Assembly (NCBI GenBank): GCA_964016885.1
Contig: OZ024740.1
Coordinates: forward strand, 151,466,001 to 151,530,000
Reading direction: 5' to 3'
DNA: 64,000 bases
From: Eledone cirrhosa
Lineage: Eukaryota
The translations under genes were made by a program, and so were the position numbers. The notes below the pieces were generated by a model that did not search any database, had not been told where the DNA came from, and saw only the letters and a list, made by a program, of their open reading frames with translations. How positions within the stretch are numbered: position 1 is the first letter of the stretch; every line of letters starts with the position of its first letter. Of this stretch, positions 27,519-40,642 are shown in pieces.

Positions 27519-28541
27519 ATGACATACACATATTTATTTTGGTTGGGAATTGTTCTACCAACAACAATAACGGTTTTGTTGTTCATTCTCTTCTTGGTCT
27601 GTTGGTTCAAGTACAATCTACGTGAAAAATTTACTAAAAAAAAACACGATCCTCACCGAGTCAATCAAAATCCTTCACGCTCGACAAAACCACCGACAGG
27701 ACTTCCACCACCGCCACCAGTCCAGTATAATCGGTCACGGTCGAACGACCAGAGAGATGAGAGGTTACCAGCACGCATAATTTACTCAACGTATCACGAC
27801 AGTGGCATGTCGGAATTACATGAAATACATTATAAATTCGACAGGCCAGTTTCTCAGGCCTCCACCGATTCTGAGGACTCTGGTTTCCGTAGCTCTAAAT
27901 CGGCCCATTACTTACCTAACAGGTTGTCTGAACATAGTTTCCCGCAAGACATTCCATTGCTGAAACCAGTTAGTGCGAACATGCCGCATGCACAGCGGAA
28001 TTTGGCGCTGAATGCCAGCGATTCACCGCGCGGTGGACCGTCCTTTTTGGCAGGAACGTCGAGCTTCGGTCAATCGTCATCATCGTCATCCAATAGTAAC
28101 AACAACAACAATACTAATAAGAACAATAACCACAATAATAACAATAATAATAGCAATAAACTGCCTACATCTGTCTCGGCATCGTCCAACATCGCCGCCG
28201 ACCAGCAACAACCAAACTCGCTAGCACTACAAAATGGACATCTAGAGGAGCGGAAAGGGGCACATCAGAACCATCATCACCATCACCACCACCATCATCA
28301 TCACCACCACCGCTCTCTACCGCAGAGTCCATTGGCAGACATTTCAGAAAATATGCCAGTCACACGGCCTATTCCTTCGTCCCAGTCCACTCCTCTGCCT
28401 TACCCACAGTGGCGGACAGATGGTCGTTCGTCTCCAACGCTCCCTAGAGATACGAAAAGTCAACAAACAGTTATCGCACTGGTACATAGTCCTAGCCAAC
28501 AGTCAGAAATGAATGGACAACTATCTTATGCTATGGTTTAA
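27519..28541 (+). CDS. Uncharacterised single-pass (type III-like) membrane protein, 340 aa, with disordered cytoplasmic tail
   Basis: Uninterrupted 1-kb non-TE ORF. First ATG at 27519 with in-frame TAA at 27489. N-terminal hydrophobic helix YLFWLGIVLPTTITVLLFILFLVCWF followed by basic REKFTKKKH. Pro-rich stretch, DSGFRS, poly-S/N/H built from mixed codons, C-terminus LSYAMV. Confidence 0.8.
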   Translation: MTYTYLFWLGIVLPTTITVLLFILFLVCWFKYNLREKFTKKKHDPHRVNQNPSRSTKPPTGLPPPPPVQYNRSRSNDQRDERLPARIIYSTYHDSGMSELHEIHYKFDRPVSQASTDSEDSGFRSSKSAHYLPNRLSEHSFPQDIPLLKPVSANMPHAQRNLALNASDSPRGGPSFLAGTSSFGQSSSSSSNSNNNNNTNKNNNHNNNNNNSNKLPTSVSASSNIAADQQQPNSLALQNGHLEERKGAHQNHHHHHHHHHHHHHRSLPQSPLADISENMPVTRPIPSSQSTPLPYPQWRTDGRSSPTLPRDTKSQQTVIALVHSPSQQSEMNGQLSYAMV

Positions 28542-28559
28542 CACCTGAATATTGTATAT

Positions 28560-29204
28560 AAATACGCATCACAGACACATACTCATATATACACAAATGT
28601 ACACATATACTTATAGATATATACACATACAGTTGTGTATCGAAATTTACAGATACCTTATACGTATAGAGACACTTATGGTATAAGCTTCAAATGTCTA
28701 CACACATTTACATATATACACGTATTTACAAGTGTTCCGACTGTATATATGTATTGACAATAATTTCGGATGCTTTCTGGGTGTATACCTTCATTTACAA
28801 AGGTTTCAGATATGTGCATATATTTACGTGTTCCATATAAATTTAGAAAAGTTCCAAATGCATACAAGCATTTAAAGTGTTCAAATCAATACACACGTTT
28901 AGAAATATTCTTGGCGTATACACACATTTACATATTTTCAATATTTATGCATATATATACATATAATGCATACGCTCTTTTACATATGTTCCTATCTACA
29001 CACACTTTTATAGACGTTACAATGTATACATACTTCTACAGAATTTCCAATGTATACACATATCTGCAAGTGTCAAAGATGTATGCGCATTTGCACAGGT
29101 ATTCAAAATGTGTAAACACTCCTGTATATGCACTTCGGGTCTGCTATCATAGATGTTCTAAATAGATACATTTATAGTCGTACAGACACACACACACACT
29201 CACG

Positions 29205-29246
<42 letters not shown>

Positions 29247-29400
29247 GTGTGTGTGTGTGTGTATTCAGAGGGCCCACTATTATATAGATTTGAAAATATC
29301 GATGGTATATGCATGCAGAAGTTGCAGAAATATATATGAGAATCTGGAAGTATGCATTCATGAACAGATATAAACATATATTCCAAATGTTTTAGGTATG
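28560..29400. repeat. Degenerate ~30-bp minisatellite in the putative 3' UTR
   Basis: Recurring TATACACAYATTTACA.RTGTTYCARAT-like units. Confidence 0.5.
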
Positions 29401-30357
29401 ACTTTAGAAATATATTGATGTGTATAGATGGGACAGATCTTTAAAAAATATTTCTCATTTTGGTAAGACGTATACAGGAGTATAGAGTAAAGTAAATGTC
29501 GAAGAAACAAATATATAAGTTCATATGATGAACAGATGGGTACTAGATTGTCAGAATCGGTAGAATATGAGACAAAATACCCTGTGGAATTTGGTAACGC
29601 CTTATTACGATCTGAGTTAAAATCTCACCCATATTAACTTTGCTGTCCCTCTTTTCAATGTTGATAAAATGTGTACCATACAAAATACTTATGTCGATAT
29701 AATAAGAAAAACAAACAAACCTTGATATCGGTACCACAGCATGGCAGGAGTTAAAAGACTGAAACCAGTGAAGGAATAAAGATGTAAACAAATATTCCAA
29801 TGGTGTATACGTATATATACACATACACACATACGCTTATACATGATGCAACACACAGGTACACAAGATGTTTATAGAAAACTAAAAAGTGAAACAAACT
29901 ATACTAACCTCACCATTGGCTGGCCTAATACGTTATTCCCAAATATGGTAAAGTCATACAAACAAAAATGGCTGAAGCCAGGACAGATAAAGGGATTCGT
30001 CAACAGATTGGTGCTCAACGTATGACAGTGTATATATATATATGTATATAAATATTTCAATAATTTTTCACCGATTAAGTGTTCTGATTATATTTATTCT
30101 TTATTATCATTGTTATTGCATTTGTTGTATGTGTGTAATTTACAAGCATGTTAGTATGTTTTATAAGTTCATTTGCTATTAATATGACTAAGAAATATTC
30201 TCTCTCTCTATACACACACACGCACTGACACATACGCACACACTGACGCACACATCAATATATATTTGAAAAAAGGAAAAACTTCACCAGTGGTTGTTGT
30301 TCTTTAATAATTCAAATCTTTACAGTAAGTCGTTCTAATATATATATATATATATAT

Positions 30358-30409
30358 GCCATTCCGAGCTGAGGATCCGCTAAGGTGAAACAATTATTCT
30401 CGGTATGGT
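30358..30409 (+). ncRNA. Minimal type I hammerhead motif in a solo pLTR fragment (30358-30500)
   Basis: GCCATTCCGAG-CTGAGGA-T-CC-GCTAA-GG-T-GAAA-CAATTA-TT-CTCGGTATGGT, with an extended stem I of about 10 bp. Confidence 0.75.
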
Positions 30410-30497
30410 GAACTAACTGTTGTGTAACCACTTCTACCTAACTCGTCCCATGGGCTGGATACTCTACCACTACGGATATTACTTTCCAGTGTTCCAA

Positions 30498-30539
<42 letters not shown>

Positions 30540-30865
30540 TAAAATAACAATTAAAAGTTTAAGCAAAGAATCGGTGCTTTCACCCTTAACGGGATCTTCT
30601 GAAATATTTGCTCTACGGTTCTTATATATTTGATATATATTTATCCTTATCGACCCCTCTTTGGATTTTAGTCTTCAAATTTATTATTATTACTATATAT
30701 ATATATATATTTAAAAAAAATTTAAGTTTAAGCAAAGAAGCGCTGTTTTCACCCTTAACGGGATCTTCTGAAACTAAAAAAAATCAATATATATATATAT
30801 GTGTATATATATATAAGTATGTGTGTATACGTACATACATATATGTATACAGACGTACAGTAGCA

Positions 30866-30905
<40 letters not shown>

Positions 30906-31060
30906 TATATACATACAGGTACACATACATATATGTATGTGTACCTGTATGTATATATGTATACTTAGCTCACTGGATATGCAAATTAGGCTGCTCAGCC
31001 GTTAATTTTCATAAGGAAAGTATATACTTCCGAACGTTCAACTATCTGGCAGATGGGTAT

Positions 31061-31103
31061 ACGGTGCTGATGATAGCTAACAAGCTTGAAACTAGTACAT
31101 CGT
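31061..31103 (+). ncRNA. Canonical minimal type I hammerhead ribozyme
   Basis: ACGGTG-CTGATGA-TAGC-TAACAA-GCTT-GAAA-CTAG-TA-CATCGT: 6-bp stem I, palindromic stem III (ACTAGT), GUA triplet. Confidence 0.88.
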
Positions 31104-31333
31104 TCCTGTGTCAGTGTTGAACAAAAAGGTGACGTGGTTGCCTTAACACCGTACGGCATAAAAATTCAGGCTGTTCAGTTTGTTTACAAACGAACAAAGC
31201 GGCGTTATAATAAGCGTCCGCTAAACTGATACGTGCATATATGTATGTGTACCTGTATGTATATATGTGTATATATATGTATGTATATATGTGTATATAT
31301 ATGTATGTATATATGTGTATATATATATATATA

Positions 31334-31400
<67 letters not shown>

Positions 31401-31419
31401 GTGTATATATATATATATA

Positions 31420-31612
<193 letters not shown>

Positions 31613-31627
31613 GTGTATATATATATA

Positions 31628-31701
<74 letters not shown>

Positions 31702-31937
31702 TGCTACTGTACGTCTGTATACATATATGTATGAACGTATACACACATACTTACATTTAAGTGAGTGCCGTACTAAGAGTGAGAAATGAAATTTCGTTTT
31801 CATTTTATTTCAACTTATCGTTTTCGGTATGCCTGACCGACTTAGCTCACTCGATATGCAAATTAGGCTGCTCAGCCGTTAACTTTCATAAAGAAAGTAT
31901 ATACTTCCGAACGTTCAACTATCTGGCAGATGGGTAT

Positions 31938-31980
31938 ACGGTGCTTATGATAGCTAACAAGCTTGAAACTAGTACATCGT
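31938..31980 (+). ncRNA. Second hammerhead copy with G5U core mutation (probably inactive)
   Basis: Identical to 31061-31103 except CTTATGA replaces CTGATGA. Confidence 0.75.
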
Positions 31981-32138
31981 TCCTGTGTCAGTGTTGAACA
32001 ACAAGGTGACGTGGTTGCCTTAACACCGTACGGCATAAAAATTCAGGCTGTTCAGTTTGTTTACAAACGAACAAAGCGGCGTTATAATAAGCGTCCGCTA
32101 AACTGATACGTGCATATATGTATGTGTACCTGTATGTA

Positions 32139-32206
<68 letters not shown>

Positions 32207-32318
32207 TGCTACTGTACGTCTGTATACATATATGTATGTACGTATACACACATACTTACATTTAAGTAAGTGCCGTACTAAGAGTGAGAAATGAAATTTC
32301 GTTTTCATTTTATTTCAA

Positions 32319-32373
<55 letters not shown>

Positions 32374-32374
<1 letters not shown>

Positions 32375-33633
32375 TGGGTGGGCCGTAAGTCGCGCACCAA
32401 AGCATTAAAAACAATTCAATATACATGTACGTTGTATTGTATTATTAACAAAAATATATTGAAATAATAAAGGTGTCATTGTTATAAATGTTCAAAATGT
32501 TTGCTATTGGCAATTTCGCATAATTCTAGTCGATGTCCGAAATTGTTAAAGCCTCGAGCTAATAAATCATTATGTCCATCAATATGGTGACAGGCATCAA
32601 TAATCCGCTGGCGATGATGATCAACATCTGTTATTTTAGTTGAATACACGATTTGTTTTACGTGGACCCGAATAAAAAAGTCCATTGGAGGCAGGTTGGG
32701 TGATCTGGTGGCACACTACACTGTGTCTCTTCACCCAATCCAATTTTCGAAGTTTGCATTTAACCAATTACGCACGATGGTTGCATAATGCGGCGGGGCA
32801 CCATCATGCATGAATCAGCCAGGCTGACCTTCACGAATGGCCGCTAGCTGCGGCATCCGACTGATCTGCAGCATGTTTAAGAACGCTTTGCCGGTCACTG
32901 TCAGTCAGAAAAAAGAAAGGACCCAAATCATGGTTCATCCAAAGTGCACACCATACAACTAGAGACTAGTTGTGGGACTAGAGGGCACCTTGTCGGCCTC
33001 AATTCAATGCGGGTTTTCGCGAGAATAATAACGGCAATTTTGTTTGTTTATTTCACCATTAACAACAAAATTGGCTTCGTGGTGGTTCAAAAAGTTTACA
33101 TTGTGATTCAATTCCTCTTTAAACCAAGTAACCATCTCCAACCGGTCATCTTTGTATAACTTGTTCAAATGCTGAAGTTTGTATGGATGTAACTTTCGGC
33201 TTTAATGAGCCACTGCATCGTGGTACTTGGAACACCACGTTCAAGTGACGACCGTCGCATCTACTTTTTTGGACTATTTTCGATCTCCTTGTTGAGTCTT
33301 GTCTGCCTTTCGTCAGAGAATGTGGCGGACCACTTCGCGGCTTATCGAGTTTTTCAGAATTTTGGCAATAGCCGTCCAACTGTCGTGTGAGGGATGGGCT
33401 CACGATCAGGATGTGTTGCATTGAATTTCTCATCAACGGATCGATACGTAGAACCATCGCGACTACACATGAACACAAGTTCAACTCCTCCTTCAATTGT
33501 TAAAGGCATAATAAGTCTGCAATGCAAAACACGATTATATTTAAATTAAATGTAAGCAATAATTCAATTCTTTGTTAATACAATAATTGCGTTGACATTT
33601 AATGCTTTGATGCGCGACTTAAGGCCCATTCTG
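32374..33633 (-). mobile_element. Tc1/mariner-superfamily DNA transposon (rosa/DD41D-like), decayed transposase
   Basis: TIRs CTGGGTGGGCCGTAAGTCGCGCACCAAAGCATTAAA and TTTAATGCTTTGATGCGCGACTTAAGGCCCATTCTG, with TA on both sides. The minus strand reads FMHDGAPPHYATIVRNWLN..WIG...RSPNLPPMDFF...HFEHL, about 40 residues between the last two Asp, with stops and frameshifts. Confidence 0.9.
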
Positions 33634-33707
33634 TATATATAATATATATAAATACACATTATATACATGTATATAAAATATATTTTAAAAAAATATATAT
33701 ATATATC

Positions 33708-35205
33708 AAGTGGCCAGGAGGGAAGCTAGGAGACAAGTGTACTTCGCAAGAAGGGAAGCGGAGGAAAGAACGTTCAAGCATGTTCTACAACGCGAGGACC
33801 AAAAACGTGAGGTGTTCAGGATTGCTAGGCAATGTGTCAAGGAAAACCGTGATGTTGTCGGGGAGAAGTGTGTACTTAATGATGACGGCGTACTTGCCAT
33901 CACCGACGCTGATAAGAAGGTAGCTTGGAAGTGTCACGATGAAAGGCTACTAAATGAGGAGAATAAATGGGAGAAAGACAGTCTCCCCCACATCGACCCA
34001 ATAGAGGGACCAGCAGTGTTAGTCGAGGGTAGTATAATAAGTAAGGCAATCAAGGATATGAAGACGGGTAAGGCAGCTGGGCCTTCGGAAATAGTTGCTG
34101 AGATGCTGAAGGCATCTGGCACGGTGGGAAACACCATGGTCACCCGGATAGTTAACCAAGTCTTACAGAATGGGGTTGTTCCGAAGGACTGGCGTAGCAG
34201 CATCATCGTTAACTGTTATAAGGGTAAAGGAGATGCCCTAGATAGGAGTAACTATAGAGGCATTAAATTAATCGACCAGGTCATGAAGGTCACGGAAAAA
34301 GTAATAGCGCAACTAATCATAGAGAGAATTGACCTAGATGAAATGCAGTTCGGGTTTGTGTCAGGAAAAAGTACCACAGACGCTCTTTTCATTGTACGAC
34401 AACTACAGGAGAAGTACCTAGCTAAAAGTAAACCCCTCTACTTAGCTTTTGTCGACTTGGAGAAAGCCTTCGACAGAGTCCCCCGTTCCATTATCTGGTG
34501 GGCTCTTAGAAAACTAGGTGTCGACGAATGGCTTGTGAGAGCTATACAAGCCATGTATAAAGAAACAGTCAGCAAGGTTAGAATTAACAACGAATATAGT
34601 GAAGAGTTTAGCGTAAAAGTTGGCGTCCATCAGGGCTCTGTTCTCAGCCCCTTACTATTTATTATTGCCCTTCAGGCTATAACAGAGGAGTTCAAGACCG
34701 GCTGCCCATGGGAACTCCTATACGCAGACGAGCTAACACTCATAGCTGAATCAATGGCCGCGCTAGAGAAGAAATTCCAAACATGGAAGCACGGCCTAGA
34801 ATCAAAAGGCCTTAAAATTAATCTGGCTAAGACCAAAGTTCTAGTTTGTAGGAAAGAAAATAAGGCGGCGGTCCCTTCCGGGAAGTGGCCATGCTCAGTG
34901 TGTAGGAAAGGCGTAGGTAGAAACTCCATTTTGTGTCAGAAATGCAAAGTATGGGTGCATAAAAGATGTAGTGGGATCACAGGTAAGCTAACTAAGAACA
35001 TAGATTTCACATGTGGCCGGTGCTCTGGTGCAATAAGTAGCAGCAAGTGCCCACAAAATACTAGCTCTTTCAACTGCGCAGAGGGCTCTATAGAAATAGT
35101 GGACAGCTTCCGTTACCTGGGTGACAAAATCAGCAGTGGGGGAGGGTGCTCTGAAAGTACAGTAGCTAGAGTCAGAACTGGATGGAAAAAGTTCAGAGAG
35201 CTTAT
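33708..35205 (+). mobile_element. RTE LINE RT fragment, truncated at both ends, with PHD-like finger inside RT
   Basis: ORF 33710-35218 contains KAAGPS, NYRGI, QFGF, FVDLEKAFD, GVHQGSVLSPLLF, YADE (D to E), a C4HC3 insert and FRYLG. Confidence 0.92.
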
Positions 35206-35636
35206 ACAAATAAAATAAAGAGTTACTAACTCATATTGATACCCTGTAATTAACAAGCTCAAAGTATAAATACTGAGCATTGGATTGGCAGTACTGGTAG
35301 AAGGTCTAACGCTATGCTTTGCAACAAAGAGTTATGGCCCTTTATGGTCTGAGTTCAGTCTGCGACTTCAGTTATACCTTTCACGTGGTTTTGTCTTTGC
35401 GTGCAATTGTTCTCAACCGTCCAAATAATGACGTATTATCTTCGTTTTTTTCCGTTCTTTGCCAGGAAACGTTTCAACAAACCAAAGAATCGTCTTCCTG
35501 TCTTCCTCCGACTGCAACGTTTTTTGAAATATTTACTTCTGCGTTCACATATTGACTTTTTTAATTTCAGAAGATCCTGTTAAGGGTAAAAGCAGCGATT
35601 CTTTGCTTAAACTTTAATCTGTTAATTTTAATAAAT

Positions 35637-35726
<90 letters not shown>

Positions 35727-35765
35727 TGGAGACGTGTGTGTATATATATATATATATATATAAAC

Positions 35766-36069
35766 AAAAAAAGGTGAAATCGAAAATGCAACTGGAGTCT
35801 TATTTTTAAAAAAAATATATATATATTTATTTGGTTCCTTTACCGGTTTCGCAGTTCTTTTGTTTTTCAAAAGTAGAGTTGAGATGGAGGGTCTGTGGTT
35901 TTTCTCACATCTGGTTTTTCTCAGATGTGAGAAAAACCACAGACCCTCCATCTCAACTCTACTTTTGAAAAGCAGAAGAACTGCGAAACCGGTAAAGGAA
36001 CCAAATAAATATATATATATTTTTTTTAAAAATAAGACTCCAGTTGCATTTTCGATTTCACCTTTTTTT
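35766..36069. repeat. About 300-bp palindrome (148-bp arms, 8-nt spacer), PLE fold-back remnant
   Basis: Arms meet at CATCTG-GTTTTTCT-CAGATG (35908-35927), with few mismatches. Confidence 0.92.
35962..35997 (+). ncRNA. Minimal hammerhead motif with U3-A8 core variant
   Basis: CTT-TTGAAAA-GCAG-AAGAA-CTGC-GAAA-CCGG-TA-AAG. A mirror copy with damaged stem II lies at 35838-35873 (-). Confidence 0.65.
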
Positions 36070-36151
36070 CTTTAAACTTTCACTCGTGTAGGACACCTGG
36101 GTTATTTTTAATTTTTTAAAAAACCTCACTTTCTAATATATATATATATAT

Positions 36152-38857
36152 CCAGCACCGCTCGCCAGATTCTTCTCATCACGTGGAATTTTCGCTTTTA
36201 GCAGATTCTTCATCACGTGGGAGTTTGGCTTTCTACCCTGTGAGCACTCTATATCCTCGTGTTCTACACAACTTTGTGTCTCACCAACATCAGAATGGAT
36301 TTATACGAACTGGATTACTCTCTGAAGAATATTCCCACTCCCTCCAACCATGTTTTCCTAAAGCTTCTCCTACAAAATGTGGAAGATGTCGTCAGACGCT
36401 TAAGAATGCGAGCCCTTGCCAGTAACACCTTCAAACTAAAATCGAGAGCCTATCCTCCTAAGGTAACTGAACTCGCGCATTTTGAAGCGGACCTTCTTGA
36501 CTTAGTCGCTAACATTTCCTTTCGCAAACACCTTAACACCTTCCAAAATAAACTTAGAAATGATATTAAGAAAGTTATGTCTTCCAATAACACTTTCGTT
36601 CTTTCTGACAAAACCAATAATATTTACGAAGTTGACAAGACTACTTACAGTCACTTGGCGCATAATGCTATAACCTCTAAATATAAGAAGGCTAACCCTA
36701 TGGCCTACCACGACATCAATACAGAAGCCAAAGAACTTGCTGTCGCCCTTAAGGTAGATAAGAAACCTCAATGCTTAGCTAAGCGTGAGGCGTTTCTCAC
36801 CCTGAAGGATCACAAGGTAGACTTTGCTTCTAATCCCACGTGTAGACTACTAAACCCTGCACGCAATCCGGCAACCCGTCCCAGTGGGAGAACAGCAACT
36901 CCGTCATAAAGTGATTTAACTCCTAAAAAAGGTAAATTCACGCTATTCGACATTGTAGATTTTTACCCGTCGATCTCGGAGAGACCCTGTTAAACAAAGC
37001 GTTGCAGTTTGCTACTACTTACACTACCATCCATGTTTTATACAGGGAGATCATCGCACACTGCCGTAAAACCCTCCTCTTTAACAGCTGAGTAGCCTGG
37101 GCAAAGAAATCAACCACTTCAGAACTATTCGACGTCTCCATGGGATCGTTTGACAATGCTGACGTATGCGACTTGGTTGGCTTATTTATTTTAGACATAT
37201 TACGTGTTAGATTCCTGGACTTCCACACGGGAATATACCGCGATGGTGGGCTGACTTTATCGAGCCATAAAAGTGGTCACGACCTGGACCGGTTTAAAAA
37301 ATATTTAACTTCTACTTTTAATGAGTTAGGACTTAGGACTTAGGATAACAGTAGCTACCAACCTCTCTAGCGTAGATTTCTTAGACATAATTTAGACCTT
37401 CGCACACATACCTTCAGACCCTTTCATAAGCTAAACGAAAAACTTAATTACATACACAAGGACTGATGTCACCCTCCTACTGTTTTTAGAAACTTCGTAA
37501 ATAATATCAGTACTAGAATCTCTAAGCTCTCCTCTAATAAGGCTATATTTGACAAAGCGGCACCCTACTATAACACAGCGTTAGCTAACAGTCGCTTCTC
37601 GCAACCTATCACTTACTCCCCCGCTAACAACAACAGCAATAAGAAAAGAAATCGTAGCAATAGACAAACTATCTGGTTCTCTCCTACCTTCTCACTCAAC
37701 GTCAAAACTAATGTAGGAAAAACTGTTTAGCCCTCTTAGATAGACATTTTCCCATAGGTTACAAATACCGCTCAATCTATAACAGACACAGAGTAAAACT
37801 AGGGTACTCCTGCGCTAAGAATATTAAGGCCCACATCACCAACAGTCCTAAGAGTGACACCCCACGAGGATGCTCTTGTCGAAAGCCTGAAGCTTGTCCC
37901 TTTCAACAACAATGGAACACATCTGCTGTAGTTTATAAAGCGGTGGTCGCTTCCAACCGACCAAATCAACCACAGGAGGTCAAATCCTATGTGGGTATGG
38001 CAGAGGGCCGATTTGAGGAACGTTTCCTGAACGATCAGTCGACCTTTAGGTACCCGGACAAACGATCATCCACGAAACTCGAGAGCCACATATGGTCCCT
38101 CAAGGACTCAGGTATAGACTACTCCATTCAATGGAAAGCCATCTCTAAGTCCAAGCCATACGCAAGGGACAATTCTTGTGGGCTGTATATTGAAAAACGG
38201 ATAAACATTCAAAGGAGATTACGCAATAGCGATTGCCTAAATTCATGAAATGAAATCTTCTCACGTTGTCCACATGTCTGGAAACACCTCTTGCATAACT
38301 ACAAAGCTCCGGATTGAATAACAACAACATTCTAATTTTCTAATCAACTCGATCATTTTATTCCGGACAATCGGGTTATCTCCCTTACACATTTCGCTCG
38401 TGGTTTTGCATCGGTTGGGCGAAGTGACCGTTTCTGCGCATGCGCATTCATACAGTTGTTCTTCCTGTTCCGTACAACAATGACCAGTCCGAACTAAAGA
38501 TCCGCATAAGGTGAAACAATTTTTCTCGTTATGGTGAACTAACTATTGTTACTACTTATATATTAGTTCGGACTGGTCATTGTTGTACGAAACAGGAAGA
38601 ACAACTGTATGAATGCGCATGCGCAGAAACGGTCACTTCGCCCAACCGATACAAAACCACGGGCGAAATGTGTAAAGGAGATAACCCGATTGTCCGGAAT
38701 AAAATGATCGAGTTGATTAGAAAATTAGAATGTTGTTGTTATTCAATCCGGAACTTTGTAGTTATGCAAGAGGTGTTTCCAGACATGTGGACAACGTGAG
38801 AAGATTTCATTTCTTGAATTTCGGCAATCGCTATTGCGTAATCTCCTTAGAATGTTT
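36152..38857 (+). mobile_element. Near full-length Penelope-like element (possibly Naiad-type), pseudogenised, plus inverted 3' copy (38563-38857)
   Basis: From ATG 36295: YSLKNIP, SDKTNN, TLKDHK..F...PTCRLLNP, DIVDFYPSI, MGSFDNADVCDLVG, GIYRDG, CSCRKPEACP linker and GIY-YIG (VVYKA...YVGMAEGRFEERF). Many stops. 38563-38857 mirrors 38203-38497. Degenerate hammerhead at 38490-38530. Confidence 0.88.
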
Positions 38858-39494
<637 letters not shown>

Positions 39495-39896
39495 GTGAAA
39501 ACTATATATATTATATATATATATGTAAAAGAAATCAAAGAACGCTTACATACTCAAACAGTTTTTATTTGCTTACAATTTTTCATCCATAACGTTGGTT
39601 AGGAATCATCAGAGCTTAATAAACACAGCGCGGAGTATAAGCCCTACCAAGCTTAGTCACACAAACAATTGGAATACAAAAGAGGGTAAAGATAGAGAGA
39701 TCGGAGATGGCGAATAAGGAGAGAGTACATGCTGTGGTTGTTAAGCACCACAGCTAAATTCTAGGGCACAAGCAGATTTCACAAGATGCAGATAGAAGTG
39801 ATGGCACACAAAAGCAAAAAGTACAAACAATGGTAAGTGATGGCACACATATATATATACATATATATATATATTTATATATATATATATACATAC

Positions 39897-39979
<83 letters not shown>

Positions 39980-40369
39980 AACATATATATATATATATAT
40001 ATATGATATGTATACATATATATATATAAATATATATATACATATATATATATTCAAAACAACAAACAGCGGAGGAGGCGTTTCGCACCTTTCCGACAGA
40101 CAACCTTTGCCCCACCACGGAAAAAAACCCCAGTTGATGGATGTGAATCCGAAATATATAGGGACAAATCTCTCCCAAGGTAACTCTCTCTCGTGTTGTT
40201 ATTTTTATTTTATCCTTTATACTCTTTCCTTCATTCTTCTACACGTCTTATACACACCACGCATCTCAACGTACACCCACTTACATCTCTCTCTCTCCAC
40301 CAGCGGATCTTGTTACCCGGAGATTTACCCATTTGCATTGTCGAGGCATCCAAACGTCTTAAAGATATT

Positions 40370-40473
<104 letters not shown>

Positions 40474-40582
40474 TATACATACATATATATATATATATAT
40501 ATACATATATATACATACATATATATATATATATATACATATATATACATACATATATATATATATATATATACATATATAC

Positions 40583-40631
<49 letters not shown>

Positions 40632-40642
40632 AATATATATAC

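Noticed and set aside
36900-38250. In-frame TGA codons in the PLE ORF as selenocysteine (reported for some Naiad elements)
   Set aside because: The TGAs fall where W, S or R is expected, the inverted copy has AGA at one of them, and frameshifts show general decay.
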